Shown piece by piece: positions 53,109-62,732 of a stretch of DNA of 64,000 nucleotides. Source of the DNA: an uncultured Acidobacteriota bacterium (GTDB lineage Bacteria; Acidobacteriota; Terriglobia; UBA7540). A program made the position numbers and the translations under genes. The stretch spans positions 7,325 through 71,324 of the forward strand of contig CAVTBN010000008.1 of NCBI GenBank assembly GCA_963732975.1, given 5' to 3'. The notes beneath the pieces are model-generated. The model did no database searches and was not told where the DNA came from. It worked only from the letters and a program-made list of their open reading frames with translations. Numbering within the stretch: the first letter of the stretch is position 1; the number at the start of each line of letters is the position of its first letter.

Positions 53109-53156
53109 GTAGCGGCGAGTTTATCTCGCCAACTGGCGGCTTAAAGCCGCCGCTAC
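53109..53156. repeat. REP-like compound palindrome GTAGC-[GGCGAG tttat CTCGCC]-aact-[GGCGGC ttaaa GCCGCC]-GCTAC
   Basis: Read directly: an outer 5-bp stem encloses two 6-bp hairpins. The first 22 nt recur in inverted orientation at 33413-33434. Confidence 0.55.
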
Positions 53157-53177
53157 TTTATAGAGGTCTGGCGCCTG

Positions 53178-54560
53178 TCAGCCCAGCGCATTGACCTGTG
53201 CGATATAGGCCTTGCTGTTGAATTTGCGCGAGGTGCTTGGGTAAGACATGTAGCGGATTTTTCCGTAGACGGGCCGTTCCGGGCCCCAGGCGCGGTCGTG
53301 CTTGCCGGCAATGGCCCAGGCGATGCCCGCGTAGCCGTTGGGGTCGCGCCCGTCGAGTTCGTAGCGGTCGTTCAGGCGGACGGCAATCGCGAAAGCCTCC
53401 TCCGGCGCTGCGCGTCCACTCGAGAATTTTCTTGGCCCAGTACATGCGCAGGTAGCCGTGCATCCAGCCTGTAATCACCATCTGCCGTTGCGCGGCGTTC
53501 CAAAGCGGGTCGTGCGTTTCGGCGTTTTCAAGCTGGCGTTCGCGATAGAGATATTCGCGCTCGTCGCGGGCGTGTTCCTCGATGGTACGCAGCGCCCACG
53601 GTTCGGCGCACTGGAGGTTGTCGTAATTCGGATTGTAGCGGCAGAAATTAATGGCCAGTTCGCGCCGCACGATCATCTGTTCGAGGAACGCCTCGCGGTC
53701 GCGGGCGGGTGCGTCGGATTCCTTCACGGCCAGCGCCACCGTGTGCGGCCCCAGGTGCCCGAAATGGAGATAGGGCGAAAGCCGGCTGGTGTGGTCCCGG
53801 TCGGGATGGTTGCGTCCCTCGTCGTAACCGGCCAGGCGCTCGCGTATAAAGCTCTTCAGCAATTTCAGCCCTTCGTCTGTTCCACCCTGCAGTGACGCCA
53901 CCGGCGCAACCGACCGGCTGATGGGAAGGCCATGGAGAAGGTCGTCCTCGGGTGACAGCGATGCAATCTTCTTCGTTCGGTTTCCAGCGCACGCGCGGCT
54001 TCAGTTTCCCCACCGGCACCAGAAACTCATCCAGCAGAACATTAATCCTGGGGCGGATGGTTCGCGCGCCGTACTGCTCCTTCAGCAGCAGGTGGCTGGG
54101 CACAATCACGTCGGCGTCAACGGTCCAGAAGGGAACGCGCAGCTTTTGGGCGACTGTTTGCCGCCACCGCTCGGGTTCACGAATGGGATTTTCGTCGCCA
54201 ACCACGAGGCAGGGCGAAACTTCGTCGCAGAATTTGACGAGATCATTTTCCGGCCAGGCGCGCAGCACAAAGCCGATACCACGGCGTTCGAGCCCCGCGG
54301 GCCACCGACTTCAGGCCTTCAGCAAAAAAGGTATAGGAACGCAGATTGGCGTTGGGATAATCGCGCACGATGCCGGCAAAAACCACCAGCGGCTTATTCA
54401 GCAGGTTGGCGGTCCGGATGGCGGTTTCAAGCGCCGGATTGTCCACCGCGCGCTGCGCCCGCTGCATCCAGTAGACCACTGCGCGGCCTTCGGCGTTTGC
54501 GGGCCCGCCGCGCCGCACCGTCACGCGCGCGTCCTGCGCCAGCTTTTCAAGAGGGTCCAT
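53178..54560 (-). pseudogene. deoxyribodipyrimidine photolyase (class II CPD type); at least three frameshifts
   Basis: The gene is split over ORFs 54243..54560, 53648..54268 and 53158..53901, plus a shifted tail. The peptides VVYWMQRAQRAVDNPALE, LRAWPENDLVKFCDE, GGTDEGLKLLKSFI, SRLSPYLHFGHL and [18 protein letters not shown] are followed (after removing one g in gccggaggaggc) by [53 protein letters not shown], with a stop at 53178. Confidence 0.8.
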
Positions 54561-56042
54561 GGTTGTCGTCGCCTGCCGTTGCGAACTTCCCCCTCTTCAC
54601 AATTTCCCGCAGCATGCCGCGAAAAATCCAGGCGTGGAATGGGTAGAGCAGGTACCAGTAGGCGAGGCCGGCCAGCCCTGCCGGCTCAAAGACGGCGGTC
54701 TGCCGCACAATCGATCCGTTCCCCGCCGCTTCCACATCAAACTCCAGCCAGGCGCGACCGGGCACTTTCATTTCCGCAAACAGGCGGAGCCGCCGGTCGG
54801 GTTCATAGGCTTCCACGCGCCAGAAGTCCAGCGCGTCTCCAACCGCCGGGTGTTCCGGGTTGCGGCGTCCGCGGCGCAATCCCACTCCGCTCGAAAGCAA
54901 GTCAATGAAGCCGCGAATCCGCCAGAGGAAGTTGGCAAAGTACCAGCCGTTCCGCCCCCCAATGCGGCGGATGGGCGCAAACGCCGCCGCCGGGCTCAAG
55001 TCTGTCGCCGCCGTCTGCTGGTCCACAATGCGGCTGCCCAGGCGCACTCCTGCCCAGGACCTCCGTGCCCCTGCGGACGAGAGGGCGTCTGACCAGCGCG
55101 TCAGGGCAAAGCCCTGCTCTTCGTTCGCCAGCGCCCGTGCGATGGCTTCGCGCACGCCGCGCGGCCTGACACTGAAAATTCTTAGCGCGCGGTCATCTTT
55201 CACCACCGTGGGGTTGCGCACGCCCTCAATCAGCTTGCGGCCCACCCGCGCATAGACCGGCGTCACCAGCCCCAGCCAGAGGCTGGAGAGCCACGGGGTG
55301 AGGACGGGAACCTGGATCGTCCATCGCCGCAGCCCGCGCTCGCTGGCATAGGTCTGCATCAGGCCGCCGTAGGAAACAACGTCCGCGCCGCCGATTTCAA
55401 AAATCTCGCTGCCCGTTTTCAGCGGGAGTTCGGCTGCCTCCACCAGATACTCGACCACGTCTTCGATGGCGATGGGCTGCGTGGGAGTCCTGACCCACTT
55501 TGGGCAGATCATCACGGGCAGGCGGTCCACCAGCGCCCGCACCATTTCAAACGAGACGCTGCCGGAGCCGATCACCACCGAGGAGCGGAACTCGATGACG
55601 GGCACGCCCGACCCGCGCAGGATTTCACCCACCTCCTGCCGGCTGCGCAGGTGTTCGGAAAGCCCCTTGCCCTGCTCGCCCAGCCCGCCCAGGTAGATGA
55701 TGCGTCCGGTCCCGGCCTGCGCGCGCCGCCTGTCCAAAGTTGGATGCGGCCATGCGGTCCTGTTCCTCAAAGGAACCGGCGGAGCCCATGGAATGCACCA
55801 GGTAGTAGGCCGCGTGAATGCCGGCCAGCGCCGGGCCCAGGGAGTTTGCGTCCAGCACGTCTCCCTGCGACGACTTCGGTGCCAGCGCCCACCCGCGCGC
55901 GCAGAAATTCCGGCTGGCGCGCCAGGCAGCGAACCCGATGGCCCCTGCCTTCCAGCGCCTTCAGCAGGCGCCCGCCCACGTAGCCGGTGGCGCCTGTCAG
56001 CAGAATGCGGGATTGTTCTCCTGCCGTCGAATGATGAGGCAT
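54547..56042 (-). pseudogene. NAD(P)H-binding SDR-family protein with C-terminal DUF2867; two frameshifts in the N-terminal third
   Basis: Frame A (55767..56042) gives MPHHSTAGEQSRILLTGATGYVGGRLLKALEGRGHRVRCLAR. Frame B (55625..55858) gives LDANSLGPALAGIHAAYYLVHSMG. Frame C, the 510-aa ORF from about 55720, gives GTGRIIYLGGLGE...VIEFRSSVVIGSG... and then the DUF2867 part GRNGWYFANFLWRIRGFID...FWRVEAYEP. Confidence 0.75.
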
Positions 56043-56075
56043 AAGTGCGAGCTGAAAAAATTCCCGCTGATTCGA

Positions 56076-57516
56076 TCACGTTCCGGCGGCCTTCTCGTAC
56101 TTGGCCATGTGCTCCTGCATGGTCTTGTCGCCGGGGTCGAGCGCCAGCGCTTTCTTCTGTGTTTCCACAGCCTGCTGGTATTTGCCGTTCTGGTAGAGCG
56201 CCTCGGCCAGCGTATCAATGAAAGCGGGTTCTTTCCAGTGGGTCAATTCCACGGCCTGTTGGGCCTGCGCGAGCGCTTCCGGGGGATTGCGGTAGCGGGA
56301 CTCATCGGCGGTGGCCAGCAGCCAGGCCAGGTTGTTGCGGGCCTCGGCAAGGTCCGGCTGGAGGCGGATGGCTTCCTGGTAATGCTGGATGGCTTCCGGA
56401 TACAACTTCTGTCCGGCGCAAAGATCGGCGAGCATCAGTTGGGTGTCCGCGGTGTGGGGATTCTGGCCGACAATAGCTTCGAGCAGGCTGCGGGCTTTGT
56501 CCGGCTGGCCTTCGCGCGCGTAGGCGGCCGCCAGGCCCAGTTGCGCCGCCGGCGAGCCGGGGCTGAGGCGCAGGGCCTGGCTGTAATCGCGGATGGCGTC
56601 GCTGAACTGGTTCCGGCTGAGGTAAAGCGCGGCCAGCGCTTCATGAGGACGTTCATCGCGCGGGTATTCGCGCTCCGCCTGCTGGAAAAGCTGGAGGGCG
56701 CGGCCGTCCTGATGTTGCGCCCAGAAGCGGCGGCCTTCGGCGATCAGCCGCGTGACCTTGCTGCGTGGCTCGATAGTGCTCCGCCGTGGCGAACATGGCC
56801 AGCGCCACAATGGCGATGGGCAGAATCACCACCGCCTGGGGAAGCCGGGCGAAGATCCATCTGGATTGCCGCCAGGGCAGCGGCGGGGGAATCAGCAGTG
56901 CCAGCACGATGCCGCCCGCCAGTCCCCCTGTGTGTCCCCAGTTGTCAATGACGTTGGACATGCTCAGCCCGATGGCGTAGTTGAGGGCAATCAGCAGCAC
57001 CATGCCCCCGCCGAAGGCCCTTTTCCAGCGCCAGGGAACCACCTCCCGATAAAGCCATCCCGTCACCAGCATGGCCCCGGCGATGCCCATAATCGCCCCG
57101 GAAGCTCCAGCGGCAACGTTGTGCGTCATCCTCATGGAGAGCCAGGAACCGGCGATGCCCGCGCCCACATAAATCACCGAAAAGCGCGCGTAACCGTAAA
57201 TGCGTTCCAGGATGGGTCCCAGCAGGTAGAGGGCCCCCATGTTGACGGCCAGATGGAACCAGCCGATGTGCAGAAACATCGGCATCACCAGCCGCCAGTC
57301 GTCGCCCCGGCGAAAATACGGTGCGTAGGAAGCGCCGAAATTCAGCAGGACGTCAGTATTCTGCGAGCCGCCCGCCAGGGTCATCAGGATGAAGACGATG
57401 ATGCACAGGGCGATCAGCGTCAGCGTGGCCAGGGGCCAGTAACGGCGCTGCTTCAGAAAGATGGGCGGCAGGGGTTTCATGCGGCCGGGCGTGATCAGTT
57501 GGGGATAGTCAGCCAT
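56076..57516 (-). pseudogene. rhomboid family intramembrane serine protease fused to C-terminal TPR repeats; frameshift near 56755-56770
   Basis: ORF 56653..57516 has the rhomboid motifs (HIGWFHLAVNM, GASGAIMG, HTGGLAGG) and then a P/R-rich tail. ORF 56076..56810 is TPR-rich but has no plausible start. The shifted reading joins ...AEHYRAT to SKVTRLIAEGRRFW. Confidence 0.65.
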
Positions 57517-57556
57517 GGTTCAAGCGGCGGATTGCGGCCGGTATCGGTGCGAAATT

Positions 57557-58144
57557 CTACCGGCCGTCCACCACATCGTAATAACTTTCGCCGGCGCAGT
57601 TCCGGCAGAGGACGCGGCCGTTCACGCGGCTCTCGCGCCCGTCGTTGATCCCTTCGCCGCACTGGTCGCAGGCGACGCGCGAGCGCGGCCGCCCGGGCAG
57701 GTCTTCCGGACGAAGATTTACGCGCACCTGCTGAACGGTGAAAAGCTCATCATCGTCCAGCACCTTATAAGCTTCAAGCTGCTGGCGGTAAGGGTCGGTG
57801 AAATTCTCTCCAAACGTTTTGGCTTTGTCCCGGGCGTCGTCGCGCGCCACGATGCGCACGGCCCGTTCGGTTTCAAGATCGACAAACGTGGCCGCAACTT
57901 TTCCGTAGTCGAGGTACTTCAGCGAGCGTTTCCCCAGCCGGCATCCGGTCACCAGGCTGACGGCGTCGGTGGCGCAGCGGTCGATTTCAACAAAAGTCAG
58001 CAGGCGCTTGCGGTGCTTCTCCGGGTCATCGATGCCCAGTTTGCCGAGGCCCAGCATGGCCATCCGCACGCCCAGCACCTGCCCCGGACACATGTGGCCG
58101 TGGTTCTTTCGAGCCAGGTCGAGATATTCCTCAAGCGACTTCAT
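57557..58144 (-). CDS. FmdE family protein with C-terminal zinc ribbon
   Basis: 195-aa ORF containing [25 protein letters not shown] and the tail CDQCGEGI...CRNC. Confidence 0.8.
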   Translation of the reverse strand: MKSLEEYLDLARKNHGHMCPGQVLGVRMAMLGLGKLGIDDPEKHRKRLLTFVEIDRCATDAVSLVTGCRLGKRSLKYLDYGKVAATFVDLETERAVRIVARDDARDKAKTFGENFTDPYRQQLEAYKVLDDDELFTVQQVRVNLRPEDLPGRPRSRVACDQCGEGINDGRESRVNGRVLCRNCAGESYYDVVDGR

Positions 58145-58268
58145 TCGGCTGATGCCCCGACGGCGTCCTCACTGCAAAATTATACCATTCCGTCCGCAGG
58201 CGGGCCGGGGCCTGTCCCGCATTCCCTCCGGGCACAGCGGGCGGTAGTCGATCCTGATTGTCAGGAAG

Positions 58269-58883
58269 TCAGACGAGCCTGCAATAGCAGTAAAGGAACT
58301 GCTGCGTGGTCCCGAAAGGGGTCTGATGCAGTTCCCTGGAACTGTGGATGAGCCTGAACCTCTCCCCGAACTCGCCGTGCAGTGACTCGGCGTCATAGCG
58401 CACCGCATCGAGGCCGCTGCATTTCGTGGGGCCTTCGGGTCCGAACGTGCTGACGATGATGTGGCCGCCGGGTTTCACGGCCCGTGCGGCAAGGCGCACG
58501 TAGGCGTTTCGCTGCTCCTGCTGAACCAGGAAGTGGAAAACGGCGCGGTCGTGCCACACGTCGTAGGCCTGGGCGGGAAGGTCCGCGCGGGTGATGTCAG
58601 CGCAAACCCATTGAACGCCTTTCCCGGGTTCTCCGAGTCTTGCCCGCGTTACGTCGAGTGCCGTCTGTGAGATATCCATGACCGTCAGGTTAGGGTATCC
58701 ACGCCCCAGCAGGTCGTCCACCAGGGTTGACTCTCCGCCGCCGATATCGATGATGCGGGCTGAACGGCCGGGCGCCGCAGATTCGATCAACTCGATCGAA
58801 CGGTCCAAATGCGACCGGTACCAGCTCACTGCGTCGGGAGCTTTGGTCCGGTAAATGTTTTCCCAATGTGAGCTGGCGTCCAT
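58269..58883 (-). CDS. class I SAM-dependent methyltransferase
   Basis: 204-aa ORF with HWENIY... and the SAM motif IIDIGGGES...DRAVFHF. Confidence 0.8.
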   Translation of the reverse strand: MDASSHWENIYRTKAPDAVSWYRSHLDRSIELIESAAPGRSARIIDIGGGESTLVDDLLGRGYPNLTVMDISQTALDVTRARLGEPGKGVQWVCADITRADLPAQAYDVWHDRAVFHFLVQQEQRNAYVRLAARAVKPGGHIIVSTFGPEGPTKCSGLDAVRYDAESLHGEFGERFRLIHSSRELHQTPFGTTQQFLYCYCRLV

Positions 58884-59011
58884 GCGCTCATTATATTACA
58901 GAGGCCGCGGGTTGGCGGCCGGTTTGCGCGGCTGCCACGGCGCTGAAAGTTCAACCGGTCCGGCGCCGCCCGCTCTATCCGCCGCCTCCGCCGCGTGTTA
59001 CTATTTTATTC

Positions 59012-59503
59012 ATGAGGAAAATATTTCTGTTGTGTTGCCATCGTGTTCACAAGCAGTATTCTGTCCTGGGCGCGGTTGCCGCGGTTTGTCTGGCCGCGAG
59101 CGCCTGCGCTTTTTCCGCCACCCATCCCTGGAGCCAGAACCAGGTGATTCAACCGGCTACTCTGGCCAAACAGCTTAAGAATTCCGCCGACAAGCCGCTG
59201 TTATTGCAGGTTGGCTTCGAAACTCTCTATGCCCAGGGTCATATTCCGGATTCGAAATATTGCGGCCCGGGGCGGGACTCCAACGGCATTGCCCGGCTCA
59301 AATTATGCCTTCAGGGAGTTTCGCACAAGCGGGCGATTGTTCTTTATTGCGGCTGCTGCCCGTGGGCGGAATGCCCCAACATTCGCCCGGCGTTCGAGGC
59401 GGTGAAAGCAATGGGCTTTACCAACGTCAAAGTGGTGCATTTTGCCGACAACTTTGGCCAGGACTGGGCACAGAAGGGCTATCCCGTCGCCAGCGGAGAA
59501 TAA
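59012..59503 (+). CDS. rhodanese-like domain-containing protein, secreted/lipoprotein-like
   Basis: ATG 59012 opens a signal-like N-terminus. Contains LLLQVGFETLYAQGHIPDS...AIVLYCGCCPWAECPN. The family call is tentative. Confidence 0.45.
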   Translation: MRKIFLLCCHRVHKQYSVLGAVAAVCLAASACAFSATHPWSQNQVIQPATLAKQLKNSADKPLLLQVGFETLYAQGHIPDSKYCGPGRDSNGIARLKLCLQGVSHKRAIVLYCGCCPWAECPNIRPAFEAVKAMGFTNVKVVHFADNFGQDWAQKGYPVASGE

Positions 59504-59596
59504 TCTGGAAGCAGGCCCGCCGGGTGAAACGGCTGGACCCGAATCCGCATCCAATAGCTGTGAGGCAGGGCGGGTGAAGGTCCGCCCTTAAAAACC

Positions 59597-60448
59597 ATGT
59601 GGAACAACATTAAAACAACAGCATTGCTGGGACTTTTGACCGGGGTCCTGCTGATGATCGGCGGGCTCTGGGGCGGGCAGAACGGCATGATCATAGCCCT
59701 GGTTCTGGCCGCGGTCATGAATTTCGGCAGCTATTTCTTTTCCGACAAGATCGCGCTTTCCATGAGCGGCGCGCAGCCCATTTCGCGCGAGGACGGCCCG
59801 CGCATTTACCAGATTGTGGAGCGGCTGGCCGGCAAGGCGTCGATTCCCGTGCCCAAGATTTACATGATTCCCACCGATTCGCCCAACGCTTTTGCCACGG
59901 GGCGCAACCCCCATCACGCATCGGTGGCGGTGACGCGCGGCATTCTCGACATCTGCGACGACGAAGAGATTGAGGGTGTTCTGGCCCACGAACTGGGCCA
60001 CGTGAAGAACCGCGACATTCTGACCAGCGCCATTGTGGCCACCCTGGCCGGTGCCATCACCTTTATCGCCCGCATGGTTTTCTGGGGAGAGATGTTCGGC
60101 TTTGGCGGCGGCGGGAATGACCGCGAAGGCGGGGCGCTTTCCGCGCTGGCCATGATGATTCTGGCGCCGCTGGCCGCCATCCTGATCCAGCTGGCGATTT
60201 CACGCTCGCGCGAATATCAGGCCGACGCCACCGGGGCGCAAATCACCGGCAACCCCCAGGGCCTGGCGCGGGCGCTGAAGAAAATCGATGAGTGGTCCAA
60301 GCGCCTGCCCATGCAGGTTTCGCCTTCCATGGCGCACCTCTATATCTGCGCGCCGCTCACCGGCCGCGAAATGTTTTCCAACCTCTTTTCCACTCATCCG
60401 CCCATCCAGAAGCGCATCGAACGCCTCGTCGGGCATGGCTACTACTGA
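59597..60448 (+). CDS. htpX: zinc metalloprotease HtpX (M48 family)
   Basis: 283-aa ORF with four TM helices, HELGHVKNRD (HExxH), and EYQADATGAQITGNPQGLARALKKI. Confidence 0.92.
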   Translation: MWNNIKTTALLGLLTGVLLMIGGLWGGQNGMIIALVLAAVMNFGSYFFSDKIALSMSGAQPISREDGPRIYQIVERLAGKASIPVPKIYMIPTDSPNAFATGRNPHHASVAVTRGILDICDDEEIEGVLAHELGHVKNRDILTSAIVATLAGAITFIARMVFWGEMFGFGGGGNDREGGALSALAMMILAPLAAILIQLAISRSREYQADATGAQITGNPQGLARALKKIDEWSKRLPMQVSPSMAHLYICAPLTGREMFSNLFSTHPPIQKRIERLVGHGYY

Positions 60449-60635
60449 AGCGCATTTTTCGAAGACATTCCTCGTTTTCCTTAAGTCGGGATTTTCAGCG
60501 GCAGCGCGGATCGACAAGTGTTGATATGAAATCATCGTGTTCGAATTCGAAGAAGGCAGGTCACAATCAGTCCACAGGCTTCGAGACCCTATCCGGGAAA
60601 CCATGAAAACGACATAGCGCCTTCAGGAGGTATTC

Positions 60636-62228
60636 TCACTCCGCCGCGGCCGCACGTTGATAGCTGACGCTGTAAACACGATAGGCATCATTTTCAAACA
60701 AACATTGGAACCTCATGCCCATAACAGTGACAACGCGGCATTGCCTGGGCAGCGGGAGCAATGATGGGAGAATTCCACGGTCCGAATAGATCAGGTAGCG
60801 CGGTTTTTCTTTCTGCATGTAGTCAACGAGACCCGTCAGGTCGTTTCGAGTAGGGGAATAGGCACGCTTGCCGGCGACTAACGGCAAACCTATGACATGG
60901 GCGATATCGATCGGTTCTGATTTATAGTTGTCGATCACCACCGAGGTATTCGGGCCAAGTCGCGGTTTCAAGTATCGGCCAAGGGTCTCAATACGGCGTG
61001 TAAATTGAAGGTCCGGAGAAATTGATCTTAACTTGTCATTGAAGCGGTTTGGTATCCTGCTCAATATGAAGATGCCGCCCAGATTGAGAATCAGCAACAA
61101 GCCTACGGTCAGCCGCAGTTGGCTAGCTCCTCGCTGCGGCAGAAAACTGGCGATCTGCTCAATACCATAGCCCGAGGTCACGGCCAGGAGCGCTACCAGC
61201 GTGATGGTGTAGCGGGCTTGCGGGATCAGCCCACCCATTACGACCTGATAGCCGGTAATTGTTCCGACGATTAAGAAGATCAAGGCGAAGTCGCGGTTTG
61301 GGCGCTGGCGCAGCCCTATAACCAGGCCGTAGAGACCTGCAACCAACATTACCGGAGTCAGGGTGAGAAGGATTACGCCCGGGAACAGAGCCAAGCGATA
61401 GATCATCGATCGATGCACTTCCGCTAACTGCTCCGCAACCCACGTGTAGTTCATAGTTACGCCGTAGAGCGGCATCCCGTACAACTTCCACTGATAAATC
61501 ATGCAGATTGCCGGCCAAAAACCTGCGATCCCTCCAAATAATAAAACTTCACGAATGTGTGTCGCCGCCCAGAACCCGCCGTCGGCACGCCTGGACAGTA
61601 GTAAGAGAATGAGGAAAACGGCAAAAATAAATAACCAGGCCTCGTAACGAATTCCAGCGCCAATGCCGAGCGCGGCTGCCCCCAGCGCTAAAGCCCAATA
61701 TGAGCCTGAACGGCGGTAGACGAAGAAGCCCAGCAGTCCAGTCAACACAAAAAACAAGGACGGGACCTCTGAAGAGGAGGTGGTGCTGTATCCGATGTGC
61801 AGGCTGCATAGTGCGAAGACCAGGACCGAGAGTTTTGCAGCCGATTCGCCATAGACCTCCTTCGCCAGCGCCCAGAATGCTCCCAGCGACACGATTCCCA
61901 GCAAAAGGCTTAACAAGCGCCCTCCAAGGGCGACATTTCTTACCAGGAGGAACATTCCAGCCATAAGCCAAATATGAAAAGGAAGCCAGCTCACAAAAAC
62001 CAGGCGGAAGTCGGGATGCTTCAACCATTCCTCGGTTATCTGGGCTCGTGCCAGCGCGTCCATGCCTGCATTCTCTGCGATGAAGAAGAACAGCACTCGG
62101 AGGGCGCTTCCGGCAAGAATGATCCACCACACCTCCGGCGGCACTCGCTGCCAAAGTCGCCGGGTTGCCGGGCGAGAATATGAACGAGAAACAGATTCTT
62201 CCAGGGGCATGCCTGTCAACACACTCAC
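60636..62228 (-). CDS. glycosyltransferase family 39-like (ArnT/PMT-type) polytopic membrane protein
   Basis: 530-aa ORF with more than ten TM helices in the N-terminal two-thirds and a soluble C-terminal domain, an ArnT/PMT_2-like layout. The gene and its flanks are visibly lower in GC than the neighbours. Confidence 0.55.
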   Translation of the reverse strand: MSVLTGMPLEESVSRSYSRPATRRLWQRVPPEVWWIILAGSALRVLFFFIAENAGMDALARAQITEEWLKHPDFRLVFVSWLPFHIWLMAGMFLLVRNVALGGRLLSLLLGIVSLGAFWALAKEVYGESAAKLSVLVFALCSLHIGYSTTSSSEVPSLFFVLTGLLGFFVYRRSGSYWALALGAAALGIGAGIRYEAWLFIFAVFLILLLLSRRADGGFWAATHIREVLLFGGIAGFWPAICMIYQWKLYGMPLYGVTMNYTWVAEQLAEVHRSMIYRLALFPGVILLTLTPVMLVAGLYGLVIGLRQRPNRDFALIFLIVGTITGYQVVMGGLIPQARYTITLVALLAVTSGYGIEQIASFLPQRGASQLRLTVGLLLILNLGGIFILSRIPNRFNDKLRSISPDLQFTRRIETLGRYLKPRLGPNTSVVIDNYKSEPIDIAHVIGLPLVAGKRAYSPTRNDLTGLVDYMQKEKPRYLIYSDRGILPSLLPLPRQCRVVTVMGMRFQCLFENDAYRVYSVSYQRAAAAE

Positions 62229-62295
62229 CAGTTCCTTGGTCTTTCTAAGTTAACCCGAGATTTCGATTTTGGTATCCTGAAGCCCCGCAGTATAC

Positions 62296-62628
62296 ACCCA
62301 CCGGCTCATTCACAACCGCGACATCCTCACCAGCGCCATTGTGGCCACGCTGGCCGCCATCCTGATCCAGCTGGCGATTTCACGCTCGCGCGAGTATCAG
62401 GCGGACGCCACCGGGGCGCAAATCACCGGCAACCCCCAGGGCCTGGCGCGGGCGCTGAAGAAAATCGATGAGTGGTCCAAGCGCCTGCCCATGCAGGTTT
62501 CGCCTTCCATGGCGCACCTGTATATCTGCGCGCCGCTCACCGGCCGCGAAATGTTTTCCAACCTCTTTTCCACTCATCCGCCCATCCAGAAGCGCATCGA
62601 GCGCCTGGTCGGCCCGGGATACTACTGA
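62296..62628 (+). pseudogene. truncated, degenerate second copy of the htpX 3' end
   Basis: The in-frame reading YTHRLIHNRDILTSAIVATLAAILIQLAISRSREYQADATGAQ...RIERLVGPGYY has no N-terminal half. HExxH is degraded to HRLIH, and 42 codons are missing relative to 60043-60168. The last 280 nt differ from 60169-60448 at 9 positions by my count. Confidence 0.8.
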
Positions 62629-62634
62629 AGGTTC

Positions 62635-62724
62635 TGTAGCGCAGAGTTGTTCTGAAACTCTGCGGCTCTTAATTCAAGGAAAAACCGCAGAGTAATCCCG
62701 CACGGCGGGACAACTCTGCGCTAC
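62635..62724. repeat. compound REP-like element with nested or alternative stems (TGTAGCGCAGAGTTG ... CAACTCTGCGCTAC)
   Basis: It contains four mutually complementary units: gcgcagagttg (62640-), aactctgcgg (62656-), ccgcagagt (62685-) and caactctgcgc (62711-), plus the small hairpin cccgcacggcggg. It lies between convergent genes. Confidence 0.55.
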
Positions 62725-62732
62725 CGTTCCAC

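Noticed and set aside
55720-56079. N-terminal approximately 120 residues of the 510-aa ORF 54547..56079 (MIESAGIFSART...RRR-rich).
   Set aside because: This part is out-of-frame read-through. The true N-terminus (MPHHSTAGEQSRILLTGATGYVGG, with its Rossmann motif) lies in another frame starting at 56042.
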